In this document: one piece after another, positions 7,622-16,511 of the stretch
Position numbering within the stretch: position 1 is the stretch's first letter
Layout: each line of letters opens with the position of its first letter
Assembly (NCBI GenBank): GCA_039208735.1
Contig: JBCCQY010000172.1
Coordinates: forward strand, 1-20,226
Length of the DNA: 20,226 nucleotides
Reading direction: 5' to 3'
Origin: Myxococcota bacterium
GTDB lineage: Bacteria; Myxococcota_A; UBA796; GCA-2862545
Program-made: the position numbers and the translations under genes
The notes under the pieces: generated by a model
What the model was told of the DNA's origin: nothing
Seen by the model: only the letters and a program-made list of their open reading frames with translations
Database searches by the model: none

Positions 7622-8836
7622 TCATTGAAGTCGAACCACCTGGAGCGCCAGCCCCGGAACCACGATCCCGGAGGACGGCCCCGGACCGTCGGTGGTCCGG
7701 GAAAGGGTCGTGCTTGTGAAGTCCGGGCTCGAGATGTTCTGGTAGACCGTTTCCTCGGATTCGAACCACGTAATTCCACCTGGGAGGAGTTCAGGGTCGC
7801 TATCGACGAGGACGGCCTCGTCGGGTTGACGCAAATCGATCTCCCAGGTCTGCCAGAACGGCGCTCCGAAGAGTTCAAGGCCGGTGGCCTTGTCGGGAAT
7901 CGGGAACGTCTCCACGTCGAGCGCACGTACGTAGGCGGTGTCGGGTCCACTCGGGATGAGACCTCCGGTCGGTCGGCCCGTGAGCGCATTGAGCTCGATG
8001 GTTTGGGTCGCGACCGTCCGGGTACCGGCTGGGATTCGGATCATGCATGGCGCGGGCGCTCTCGCGTCGTCCACCGCGTGAATGGCCGCGACCCACGGGT
8101 CGCTGGCGAAGAACAGGTCGCCATTCGAAGCGCTCATCCCGTAGTGGACGCCGGCGCACGGAGAAGGCTGAAGCTCGTAGGTGCCTGTTGCTGGGTCAAA
8201 GAAGACCACCTGGGCCGTATCCGAGACCACCTGCTGCACCAGATCCGTTCCGTAGACCACCGCGACGAACTCACCGTCGCGAGGCACGAATCGCAGCCCG
8301 CCGATGAACGAGGTGAGCGTCGGGTCGAGCCAGTCGCTTAGGTCGATTGCTCGAACGAGCTCGAAATCCTCGAGGTTGACCTCGATCGCCTGCCCTGAGA
8401 GCATGTCGAACAGGTAGCCGCGGTCGGCTCCGTCGAAAACCATCACGTCCCCGGACAACGTGGAGATCCCAAAACCGCTGAGCCCCAACCGACCGACCTC
8501 AACGGGTCGACCTTCCTCGAACTGGAACCATTGCAGGCTTCTCTCTTCCGCGCTCGTCACGTAGAAGTCCCCGGTTCCCTGTGGAGCAAAGAGACTTGCC
8601 TGGCCGGGAATCTCGATGGCGTCGGAGAGGTCGACGGCCCCTGTGGCGAGGTCCTCGGTGAAGCCGATGAAGGAGTTCTCGTCACTGAAGTCAGGGCTGA
8701 AGACCCGCATGCCGATGGCATACCGGGGAGTCCCATCAACGTTGGTCCCCGACGGCTCATCCGTGCACGCCCCAAGGGTGATGAGCAACAGACCGATACC
8801 TCGAAGGCCGCACATGCTGATCCCCAAACGCTCCAT
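7622..8836 (-). CDS. MxcI-like (DUF4374-like) lipoprotein, paralogue 2
   Basis: 404 aa, AGGAG upstream, lipobox LGAC. Collinear with the 19089 gene (PRYAIG, VFDGxDRxYL, PCAG, NGDLxFxxDP, APCMxR, LPGGIT). Confidence 0.85.
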   Translation of the reverse strand: MERLGISMCGLRGIGLLLITLGACTDEPSGTNVDGTPRYAIGMRVFSPDFSDENSFIGFTEDLATGAVDLSDAIEIPGQASLFAPQGTGDFYVTSAEERSLQWFQFEEGRPVEVGRLGLSGFGISTLSGDVMVFDGADRGYLFDMLSGQAIEVNLEDFELVRAIDLSDWLDPTLTSFIGGLRFVPRDGEFVAVVYGTDLVQQVVSDTAQVVFFDPATGTYELQPSPCAGVHYGMSASNGDLFFASDPWVAAIHAVDDARAPAPCMIRIPAGTRTVATQTIELNALTGRPTGGLIPSGPDTAYVRALDVETFPIPDKATGLELFGAPFWQTWEIDLRQPDEAVLVDSDPELLPGGITWFESEETVYQNISSPDFTSTTLSRTTDGPGPSSGIVVPGLALQVVRLQ

Positions 8837-8860
8837 CTTGCTCTCCTTCGGTTCATTCGC

Positions 8861-8889
8861 CGTTTGGTTATCAGTCGATCACCGAAACG
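8861..8889. promoter_or_regulatory. Imperfect inverted repeat, candidate TetR operator
   Basis: CGTTT-GGTTATC-AGTC-GATCACC-G-AAACG lies between the divergent lipoprotein and tetR starts. Confidence 0.35.
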
Positions 8890-8933
8890 TCGAACGATTT
8901 CGCAGAGAGCGATTTCGCGTTTTACTGGTGCGT

Positions 8934-9593
8934 ATGAAGAAAAACTCGAGAACCGAACGTGCCCATGCCACCCGCAATGCGATTCTCGATGCCGCGACCC
9001 TTGCGTTTGCAAAGGACGGCTTTCATGCGGTTGGTCTACGAAGCATTGCCCGGACCGTCGGAATCTCGCAGCCCCTTATCCATCGCCATTTCGGGTCGAA
9101 GGACGCGTTGTTCGATGAGGTCCTGCGCCGGAGCGCCGAGCGGTACGACGACGTGCTGGCCGCGCACTGGGCGCGCGAGCCCTCGGACGTCCGGTTCTTC
9201 ACGCAAGGCCTACGAACGTTCTTTGACTGGCTTGGTGAGCACCTTCTCGAGGGTCGGCTCGAGTCGTGGGCCCGCCTGCAAGGCTGCTTGCCTCAGCTGT
9301 CCGAAACGACGGAGATGATGGCGAAGCTTCGCCAGCGCTTCGTCGATGCCCAGCGAGCCGGGGTCATCAAGCCGCAGATCGATGTGGACGCCACGCTCCT
9401 GGTGGTGAATTCGCTCTTCAAGGGCTTCTGGGAGCGCGCAGACGACTTCCCCGACATCGACAGGGCAGGATCCCGCGTCTTTCGACAGGCCCTCGACTTC
9501 CTCCTACCAGGGATGCTGACAGATCGTGCGCTGCGCGAGGCACTCGAAGATCTGGCAACCGACCCGCCACCATCCGCCGCGTCGACGGAGTAG
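8934..9593 (+). CDS. TetR/AcrR family transcriptional regulator
   Basis: Start reassigned to ATG 8934; TRNAILDAATLAFAKDGFHAVGLRSIARTVGISQPLIHRHFGSKDALF. Confidence 0.92.
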   Translation: MKKNSRTERAHATRNAILDAATLAFAKDGFHAVGLRSIARTVGISQPLIHRHFGSKDALFDEVLRRSAERYDDVLAAHWAREPSDVRFFTQGLRTFFDWLGEHLLEGRLESWARLQGCLPQLSETTEMMAKLRQRFVDAQRAGVIKPQIDVDATLLVVNSLFKGFWERADDFPDIDRAGSRVFRQALDFLLPGMLTDRALREALEDLATDPPPSAASTE

Positions 9594-9734
9594 GGTGACG
9601 TTTGGGAGGAACCGACCTACGGCTCTGTCGAGCGCTCGTAGCCGAAGCCTCCCGGCCTGCACCCGCATTCCCCGCCGTCCAAGAAGTGAGGATCAGACCG
9701 AGCCACGAGCACCGTATGGATCGGCCCAGTCCGA

Positions 9735-10427
9735 CTACGGAATGGCGTCTACGGCCGCCGCGATCGAAGAAACCACATTCGCGTCCTCACCAAAGTCCTG
9801 CCACGTCACCCGACCCTGGCGATCGAGCACGGTGTAGCTGTGCTGGGAGTAGGTACGCGAACCCGGATCGCCCCACGTCATCACCCACTCCTCGTCGGTG
9901 TCGGCGAGCACCTCCCAGCGAAGGTCGAACTGGTCGCGCCACGCCGCGGCGTCTTCCACTTCACCGGGAGCCCGTGAAACCCCTTCTACGATGATGTTCA
10001 GCACGTTCACGTCATCGGTCTCGTCGTACCAGGCGGCAAGTCCCTGAACCAGGGACCGACAGCGGCTTCACCAAAGCGACGAGCCAACGACCACGAGCCG
10101 ATCGCCAACGCGATCCGCCAGCGACACCGGGGCGCCGTCGGCGTTGAGCAGCGTGAAATCGGGGGCGCAAGAACCTACGTCGAGGCCCACGGAGCAACCC
10201 TCGTCAGCCGAAGCAGGCGGCGCGTCGATCGGAGGGGAATTCGGACCCGTGTTTGGGTCGGTAGACGGCAGTAGTTTGGCGTCCCAAACGAAAACCTCTG
10301 CCGCGGCAATCTTGCGAAGAATGGTCTCGGAGATATTCGGTGTTCCACCAACTCCCTGGGTGTCCCGATCCAAAGCCACCAAGGTCGTCCGCGCTTTCGC
10401 CACACGCTTGACGCCCACTCCAAGCAC
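9735..10427 (-). CDS. Redoxin (AhpC/TSA, TlpA-like thioredoxin fold) selenoprotein with a UxxC motif; 5' end uncertain or chimeric
   Basis: ORFs 10068-10427 and 9735-10010 are in the same frame: VGSCAPDFTLLNADGAPVSLADRVGDRLVVVGSSLW-TGA(10070-10068)-SRCRSLVQGLAAWY...WEVLAD...YTVLDRQGRVTW. Confidence 0.8.
10040..10056 (-). promoter_or_regulatory. Bacterial SECIS-like hairpin
   Basis: GTCCCTG-GTT-CAGGGAC is a perfect 7-bp stem whose loop starts with GU. It begins 11 nt after the in-frame UGA. Confidence 0.7.
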
Positions 10428-10543
10428 GCTTGGATGAAATTCCGGTTGATCTTGGGGTTAGAGTCGGACTGCCAGGACCAGAACACCGTGATGGCTTGCT
10501 TCTGCTGGGTTCCACCGGTCGGCTCTTCTATAGAGTTCACCAC
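10278..10543 (-). pseudogene. Truncated, frameshifted TIR-like (FxSWQSD family) gene fragment
   Basis: ITVFWSWQSDSNPKINRNFIQACLE, then a frameshift near 10416, then VKRV...ALDRDTQGVGGTPNISETILRKIAAAEVFVWDA. The expected downstream NVxxELGYA segment is missing. Confidence 0.65.
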
Positions 10544-10644
10544 AGTCTGGACCTCGCACGACTTGCATGACCTCGTAGTCACGAATTTCCTACTGTTCTT
10601 TCCCGGTTCAGGACGGAAGCTTAGGCCACCCGAACGTCGGAGGC

Positions 10645-11457
10645 TCAGAGACTGTCGAGTGCAAGAAAGGTGAACACCAGATTGTTGTAGAAGGTGGAGG
10701 TCAGTCTCGTTTGGACAGAACGCTCGGAAACATCGTCGAGCACGAAGTTGCCGTCTTCAAGCTGGTATTCGCCCGTCATCGGATCGAATGCAATGGCTTG
10801 GCCAAGGTTGAGCGCGTCCGCCTCCATGGTGCTGTCCTCGTCAACCCAGCCAAGGTACTCAACAAAAAGGCTGTTGAGCGTCTCGGGTGGCTCATCCAGG
10901 CCGTCCACAAATTCTTGGAGTGCCCCATTTGCCTCGAGCGGCGCGAAGCCAAGCTCAAAGGTTGCATCATCCCAGCGCTCCAACAATCCCATCGCGTCCG
11001 CACCGAACAACGCTGCGTTCACCCTCCCATTGCAGTCGGTCGCCCAAGTCTCTGGCGAAAACTGGTACGCCTGATGCATCGGTGCATCATCGCGGTTGGG
11101 GAAGTGCTCGGTGACGAGAAGCGGAGTACGCTGTTCCTCGGGAATCGCAGCCAGAAAGAAGCACATCTGTTCCGGGGCCTTGCCCTGAAGATAGTCGATG
11201 CTCGCGAATTGAATGACGATGAGGGGCAGCCGGACCTCCCCTCCGGGCTCACCGAAGGAGACCATGTTGCCGCCTTCGTCAATTCCAAATCGAATGTCGA
11301 AACCCACATGGGTCGGCTCGAACCCCTCGTCCGCGGTCGGAGTGGTGGTGTTAGACGGCAAAGGAAGCGTCGGGTTGTCTTGAATCTCTTCTTCTGCGCA
11401 CGCGATGGTCGCGAACGCGAACGCCAGCAGCCGAGCAGAAGGCAAGGGAACCCCCAT
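10645..11457 (-). CDS. Hypothetical acidic lipoprotein
   Basis: 270 aa, signal peptide ending TIAC, Pro/Thr linker, coding-like composition; no family recognised. Confidence 0.75.
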   Translation of the reverse strand: MGVPLPSARLLAFAFATIACAEEEIQDNPTLPLPSNTTTPTADEGFEPTHVGFDIRFGIDEGGNMVSFGEPGGEVRLPLIVIQFASIDYLQGKAPEQMCFFLAAIPEEQRTPLLVTEHFPNRDDAPMHQAYQFSPETWATDCNGRVNAALFGADAMGLLERWDDATFELGFAPLEANGALQEFVDGLDEPPETLNSLFVEYLGWVDEDSTMEADALNLGQAIAFDPMTGEYQLEDGNFVLDDVSERSVQTRLTSTFYNNLVFTFLALDSL

Positions 11458-11501
11458 GGGAGTGCGCTAGCATTATGGATCAGTGGCGCTGGATTCACCA
11501 G

Positions 11502-11532
11502 CTACATGAAAATGACATTCATTTTCATGTAG
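11502..11532. promoter_or_regulatory. Perfect 14-3-14 palindrome containing two overlapping Fur box-like sites
   Basis: CTACATGAAAATGA-CAT-TCATTTTCATGTAG. It contains ATGAAAATGACATTCAT and, on the other strand, ATGAAAATGAATGTCAT, each 15/17 to WTGAAAATNATTTTCAW and offset by 6 bp. It lies between divergent genes. Confidence 0.75.
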
Positions 11533-11614
11533 GGTAGACAAGCATCGAGCACACGGCATCTGGATGGCGGTTGAGCGTCCACGGCTCAACGTTAGGTGGC
11601 ATCGCGGGGTGAAG

Positions 11615-12040
11615 ATGTATCGGACGCTGTTCGTTTCTGTATTTGCGGCTTCCATCGGGTGTCGTGCGGATCCGATCTGTCTCACCGGAGAGACTCAGAG
11701 TTGCGCCTGCCCAGGTGGAGAACAGGGCGCTCAGACCTGCCTCGTGATCGAGCCCGGCTGGTCGCAGTGCGAGTGTCCAGCAGCGGGTTCGGGAGCAGGT
11801 TCCGGCTCGGGCAGTGGCAGCGGCTCGGGCAGTGGGGCCGGCTCGGGCAGCGGGACCGGCTCGGGCAACGGATCGGGATCCGGTTCTGGCTCGGGCACGA
11901 CCGACACCGGACCAAGCACGCCCGTCGATACGGGCTCGGGCTCCGGCAACGGCTCGGGCTCCGGCAGCGGCTCGGGCTCCGGCAGCGGCTCGGGCTCCGG
12001 CAGCGGCTCGGGCTCCGGCAGCGGTTCGGCCGCTCCGTGA
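11615..12040 (+). CDS. Small secreted lipoprotein with a Cys-rich module and a long Gly-Ser tail
   Basis: [16 protein letters not shown], then [21 protein letters not shown]...WSQCEC, then (GS)n tracts. Confidence 0.75.
   Translation: MYRTLFVSVFAASIGCRADPICLTGETQSCACPGGEQGAQTCLVIEPGWSQCECPAAGSGAGSGSGSGSGSGSGAGSGSGTGSGNGSGSGSGSGTTDTGPSTPVDTGSGSGNGSGSGSGSGSGSGSGSGSGSGSGSGSAAP
11933..12022 (+). repeat. Coding tandem repeat, five copies of an 18-bp unit
   Basis: GGCTCGGGCTCCGGCAGC x5 (the first copy ends AAC), encoding GSGSGS. Confidence 0.9.
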
Positions 12041-12053
12041 TGGTGGCTTCAAG

Positions 12054-13382
12054 GTGAGTTCAGACTTTCTGGTGGTGGGAGCAGGAATCGCCGGGCTTGC
12101 AGCGGCATTGCGCCTCAACGAGATGGGCTATTCCGTGGAGCTTCGGGAAGCGCGCCCCGAAGCCGGAGGATTGCTGGCTCCCATCAATGTGGACGGTGTC
12201 CCCTGCGACCGAGGATCGCATCGACTGCACGCCGAGGGCCGAGCGGTGCTCGACCGAATGAGTCGCATTCCCTGGATGACGAGGCCCCGAAGGGGTCGCA
12301 TCGTCATCGGAGGCCGGCATGCCAACTATCCCCTTGGTTTGAGAGGATTTCTTCGAAGCCTTGGTTTGCGAACGTCGATGGCCTTCTTGGCGGGATTCCT
12401 GACTCGACGGAGACGGTTCCACCGCTTTCGAATGTGGGAACGGGACCGAACGAATGGGGTCGAGGCCGATCGGGGCTTTCAAGACTTCGTCGAATCACGC
12501 GTGGGGCGCGTGGCGTATCGAAACTTCTACGAGCCTTATGCACGCAAGGTCTGGGGTGTGGACCCGAACACCATGTCGCAGACCATCGCAAAGCAACGGG
12601 TGTCAACCTCTCGCCCCGCTGATGTGCTCCGAGGACGGATTCGCACATCACCGACCTTCCTCTACCCTCGAGATGGCATGCACGAGGTGTTGCGCTCCAC
12701 CCTCGATCGGGTCCGCGCCCTCGGGACCGAGGTTCGGTTTGGGGTGCCCTTCGACCCCCATGAACCCCAGTCGAGACCCGTCTTGTATTCGGGTCATCTC
12801 GGCGACCTCGTTGCCAACGGCCCGTTCCGCGGTGAGTGGGGTCATCGAGGCCTCTACCTGCTGCACACGGTGGTTCACGATTCTCGGCTCACCGATCCAT
12901 CCATCGACACCTGGTATGTTCCCGACCCGCGGTTCTGGTTCGGACGCGTCAGCCTACCCGCTCGCTTCTCCGAACGCTTCCGTCATCGCGATGGAACGAT
13001 CTTGTGTATCGAGATCCCGGAGGGGAACTGGGGGCAGGACGTGGACTTCACCACTTCGGATCGAGCCACGGCGTTGTTCGCGCAGTTGACCGAGGCCGGC
13101 ATCCTCCATCCGGGCTCGTTTCCGCTGATTCAGACCTTCGAGCCTCGTGTCTACCCGCTATATCCGCGCGGCTGGGTCGCGAGATGGCGATCGGCACTCG
13201 CCACGGTCCCCAACCTCGGGCCTATCCTTCCCATTGGGCGACAGGGCCTATACCTGCATTGCAACGTTGATCACGCCGTCAGGACCGCCCTTGATGCGGC
13301 GGACCACGTGCACCGGGGCCGCACCTCCGCCGAATGGGTCGCCAATGCCGACCGCTACCTCGACGTCGTCGTCCGAGACTGA
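12054..13382 (+). CDS. FAD-dependent oxidoreductase, protoporphyrinogen oxidase/UDP-galactopyranose mutase-like
   Basis: GTG 12054; FLVVGAGIAGLAAA...E...GGL, DRGSHRLH, FYEPYARKVWG, FLYPRDG, VYPLY, IGRQGLYLHCNVDH. Confidence 0.85.
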   Translation: MSSDFLVVGAGIAGLAAALRLNEMGYSVELREARPEAGGLLAPINVDGVPCDRGSHRLHAEGRAVLDRMSRIPWMTRPRRGRIVIGGRHANYPLGLRGFLRSLGLRTSMAFLAGFLTRRRRFHRFRMWERDRTNGVEADRGFQDFVESRVGRVAYRNFYEPYARKVWGVDPNTMSQTIAKQRVSTSRPADVLRGRIRTSPTFLYPRDGMHEVLRSTLDRVRALGTEVRFGVPFDPHEPQSRPVLYSGHLGDLVANGPFRGEWGHRGLYLLHTVVHDSRLTDPSIDTWYVPDPRFWFGRVSLPARFSERFRHRDGTILCIEIPEGNWGQDVDFTTSDRATALFAQLTEAGILHPGSFPLIQTFEPRVYPLYPRGWVARWRSALATVPNLGPILPIGRQGLYLHCNVDHAVRTALDAADHVHRGRTSAEWVANADRYLDVVVRD

Positions 13383-15412
13383 TGCCACTCTCTCGAAGGG
13401 TTGCAACGGGCGTCCTTGCAATGTGGAGCCTGGTTTTCATCGCCCTTGCCGCGCCCCTCTTGCAACAGCCAGGTCCGGCTCGTGGCGACGACTTGAGTTC
13501 ACACTTGGCTGTCGGCCATTTCGTGTGGACGGAACTCTCCCATGGACGCGCAGACCTCTGGTTCGATCAGGCTAATCTAGGCGTGCCGCTCTTTGTGGCC
13601 TACCCTCCGCTTCCCGCGTTTCTGGTGGCCGCTGTGGTAGGATTGCTCGGTCCGGTGCTCGCGCCAACGACAGCCTTTCGGCTCCTCCTCCTTGGCATCT
13701 TGGTGCTGCTGCCCATCAGCTGGTACCGAGGCGGCCGGGCTCTCGGCTTACCGCGTCTTGCAAGCTTGGTCTTTGCGTTTGGCGTCCTCTTTGTTCAGGA
13801 CGCAGGAGAGGTGGGCCTCGGCCCCACCCACGTAGTGCATACCGGCCTCTTTGCGCAGACCTGTGCGCTTGTCGTGTTGCCCTGGGCCGTCGCGAGTGTG
13901 GCGCGTCTCGTCGATCGACCTGACCTTCGTCAGGTCTGCCGGGTGGCAGCCTGGGGAAGCATGCTCGCGGCCACCCATCCCATTTTCGCACTGTTGGCTG
14001 CCCTCGCGGCAATCGGACTCGTCGCACCCCGACGTCGAAGCTGGGGATCGGCCCTGCTTGCCGCCACGCTCGGGCTTGCGGTGCTTGCGCCATGGTTGGG
14101 GTATGCACTTGCGTACCGAGAGGCCGCGGGCGGCATCCCGTGGCGCACGGCGGCCCAGAACGGCCGTGACGCTGCCGAGCTGGTGCGTTGGATCTTGAGC
14201 GGGGACCTGCTCGATGCGGATCGATTTCCTTGGATGACGCTTGGCGCGTTGGGCGGTTTGGCCTTGGTGCATCGCTATCCAAGCGCCCGCTTTGTTGGGG
14301 CCATCTCGTTAGCCTCCGCTGCGCTCGCCGGCGGGCGCTCCTTGTGGGGCCCTGGTTTTGGAGCCCTTCCCGTCGTGGGGGAACTCAATGCGTCGCGATG
14401 GACGGTCGGGATCCAGGCCGCCGCACTGTTTTCCTTCGCCGCCGGAATCCAGGGCGGAATCGAGGCCATCGCCCGGCGATGGGGCTCGCTGTGGGCCCTG
14501 GGCATTGCCTCCCTTCTGCTCGTCGGAACGATGGCGGATCGTGGAGCGTGGTTGCGTCGGAAACTTGCCCCCCTGTCGCTCGCAGCGGCCTACCCTGAAC
14601 TCGTGAAACACATGACTCGCCCTGGCGCACGCTTCGTGGTCGATGGGCCGCTTGGAACGGGCAGCCATCTGCATCGCGACCTGCTGCCCCATCTCACGGG
14701 ACGGCCGGGCCTCATGTCCTATGCCACGACCTTCCATGCGACGCACAGCACCTACTTCGTCGAGTACTTCGACCACTCGGTCGAGCATGCACAGTTGTTT
14801 GGGGTCGACCTCCGCATCGCACGGAGCGCCTCCCCACCCGGAGACGGCTGGATCGCTCGACCATCCCGAGGCGACTACCGGCTGCACGAACTCGACGACG
14901 TTGGCTATTTCGACATCATACGCATTCCCGCGGTGTGGTCTGGCGATCCGAAGGAACTTCGAACCCGCATTCGCGGTGCGGTAGGACGCACCTGGCGCAC
15001 CCGCAACCTCGTTGCCCTCGAGCCTGGCCCGATTCACACTCCGCCACTGCCCGTGCTTGAGCCACCCTCCGCCCACTCGCGGGTGCGTTCAGAACGCATC
15101 AGCCCGAATCGCTACGCCGCATCGGTCGTGGTGACCGAATCAGGCGAGCACGTCTTGCTCAAGGTATCGGCCTTTCCATGGTGGCACGTCTCGGTCGACG
15201 GCGTCGAGGTGCGCCCACAGGTGGTCATGCCAAACTTCATGGCGGTCCCTGTCACCCCCGGCCAACACGAAGTCCAATTCGTGTTCCATCGACCCGCCCT
15301 GCAGCGATTTGGGTCGTTGCTCTCGCTCCTTGCCATGCTGGGGCTGATCCTTGGGGCCGTCAGTCGTTATCGCCGGCCACCTCACGTGGGATCTGAAGCA
15401 TCAGCACCGTAG
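13382..15412 (+). CDS. Polytopic membrane protein, PTPS-related/YfhO-like (probable GT-C glycosyltransferase)
   Basis: TGATG coupling to the upstream gene; GDDLSSH, W...NLGVPLFVAYPPL, many hydrophobic helices; C-terminal LLKVSAFPWWHVSVDG...FMAVPVTPGQHEVQFVF followed by one transmembrane helix. Confidence 0.8.
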   Translation: MPLSRRVATGVLAMWSLVFIALAAPLLQQPGPARGDDLSSHLAVGHFVWTELSHGRADLWFDQANLGVPLFVAYPPLPAFLVAAVVGLLGPVLAPTTAFRLLLLGILVLLPISWYRGGRALGLPRLASLVFAFGVLFVQDAGEVGLGPTHVVHTGLFAQTCALVVLPWAVASVARLVDRPDLRQVCRVAAWGSMLAATHPIFALLAALAAIGLVAPRRRSWGSALLAATLGLAVLAPWLGYALAYREAAGGIPWRTAAQNGRDAAELVRWILSGDLLDADRFPWMTLGALGGLALVHRYPSARFVGAISLASAALAGGRSLWGPGFGALPVVGELNASRWTVGIQAAALFSFAAGIQGGIEAIARRWGSLWALGIASLLLVGTMADRGAWLRRKLAPLSLAAAYPELVKHMTRPGARFVVDGPLGTGSHLHRDLLPHLTGRPGLMSYATTFHATHSTYFVEYFDHSVEHAQLFGVDLRIARSASPPGDGWIARPSRGDYRLHELDDVGYFDIIRIPAVWSGDPKELRTRIRGAVGRTWRTRNLVALEPGPIHTPPLPVLEPPSAHSRVRSERISPNRYAASVVVTESGEHVLLKVSAFPWWHVSVDGVEVRPQVVMPNFMAVPVTPGQHEVQFVFHRPALQRFGSLLSLLAMLGLILGAVSRYRRPPHVGSEASAP

Positions 15413-16454
15413 CCAAATCGAGCTTCAACAAGTCCGTGACCGACTTCACCGCGGCATGCAGCGCTTCGACCCGCTCACGGTCTGTCTCGATGAGCAGCGC
15501 AAGGTCGCCATCCACCCCCGACGTCGCACCACGCGCCTCATCCAACGCATCATCGATGGCATTCGCGAGTTCCCTGCGTCGCAGTTGGTCACGCACAATG
15601 TCATCCATCCCGGCTCGGTAAAGGGCCTCGAACCCGGCCAGATTCTGGCCGATGGCCTCTGCGCCCGTCGCGGAGAGCTGGCCCTCGGCCTGGGTTGCAC
15701 ATTCGGAGCTGCAGCCGACCAACCCAAGCGGCTGCCCAAGTTTGCGGTCCTTGGTCTGGGTCTCGAGGTAGAACATGGCCTCAAACACTGCGTTCAGGGC
15801 TTCCGTGGAATCGAAAGCGTTGAACGCTGCAGCGAAATCGCCCTCCCAAGAGGCGATGAGGGCATCGGCGGTTGCCGTCACGTCGGCCGCGAGGAAGCGT
15901 GCATGGGCCAGGCGACGCGACGTCACGACCTCGGGGGCCAAGGCCATCCAGGTCTCTTCGAGTTCTTCACCACATGCCTGCGTCTTGCCCGAAAACAGGA
16001 GGTACTCGATCGCATCCAGCCCAATTCTGTCCACGAGCACATCGTCGAAGAAGGTGGCGTCGGGGAGCGCTCCCTGCACGATGAACCGGTCGATGTCGCA
16101 AGGGTCGACGATGGGCCAGCTGTAGATGCGGTCACGGAGCGCTTGGCCGCCAGGAGAAGCGGGAGACGAGGCAGGGCCGACCTGCAGCCCTTCAAGCCGT
16201 TGCCACCGCAGCAGGGCAGAAACGAAGGCCGGGCGGGCCTCGTCGGGTCGGTCCGCCGCTTCGAGAGCGGCTTCGAAAGCCTCCGCCTCGGCTTTGAACG
16301 CCCTCAGCTCAGGGAGAATGACCTCGGGCCCGATCGCGGCGAGGTACATGCTTGCGTCGACCCCGGCTGGCTGCTCCGGGCCACAGCCCGTAGACGGTGA
16401 GCCAAGCGCTAAAAGGGTGAACAAACCGATGAACAACCAGCCGTGGAGCTTCAT
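15360..16454 (-). CDS. Imelysin family (peptidase M75-like, iron-uptake associated) exported protein
   Basis: Start reassigned to ATG 16454; signal peptide, QVGP, RIYSWP, GLDAIEYLLF, KDRKLGQPLG and C-terminal GDND. Confidence 0.85.
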   Translation of the reverse strand: MKLHGWLFIGLFTLLALGSPSTGCGPEQPAGVDASMYLAAIGPEVILPELRAFKAEAEAFEAALEAADRPDEARPAFVSALLRWQRLEGLQVGPASSPASPGGQALRDRIYSWPIVDPCDIDRFIVQGALPDATFFDDVLVDRIGLDAIEYLLFSGKTQACGEELEETWMALAPEVVTSRRLAHARFLAADVTATADALIASWEGDFAAAFNAFDSTEALNAVFEAMFYLETQTKDRKLGQPLGLVGCSSECATQAEGQLSATGAEAIGQNLAGFEALYRAGMDDIVRDQLRRRELANAIDDALDEARGATSGVDGDLALLIETDRERVEALHAAVKSVTDLLKLDLATVLMLQIPREVAGDND

Positions 16455-16511
16455 GACAATCCCGGGCACAGACGGTGATGGGCCCGATAACACTGACCCC
16501 AGCTCATTTTC

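Noticed and set aside
11502..11532. Palindrome as an intrinsic terminator
   Set aside because: The stem is AT-rich with no U tract, and it lies between divergent starts rather than after a stop.
11785..12030. Repeats as a CRISPR array
   Set aside because: No unique spacers and no cas genes; the repeat is codon-phased Gly-Ser.
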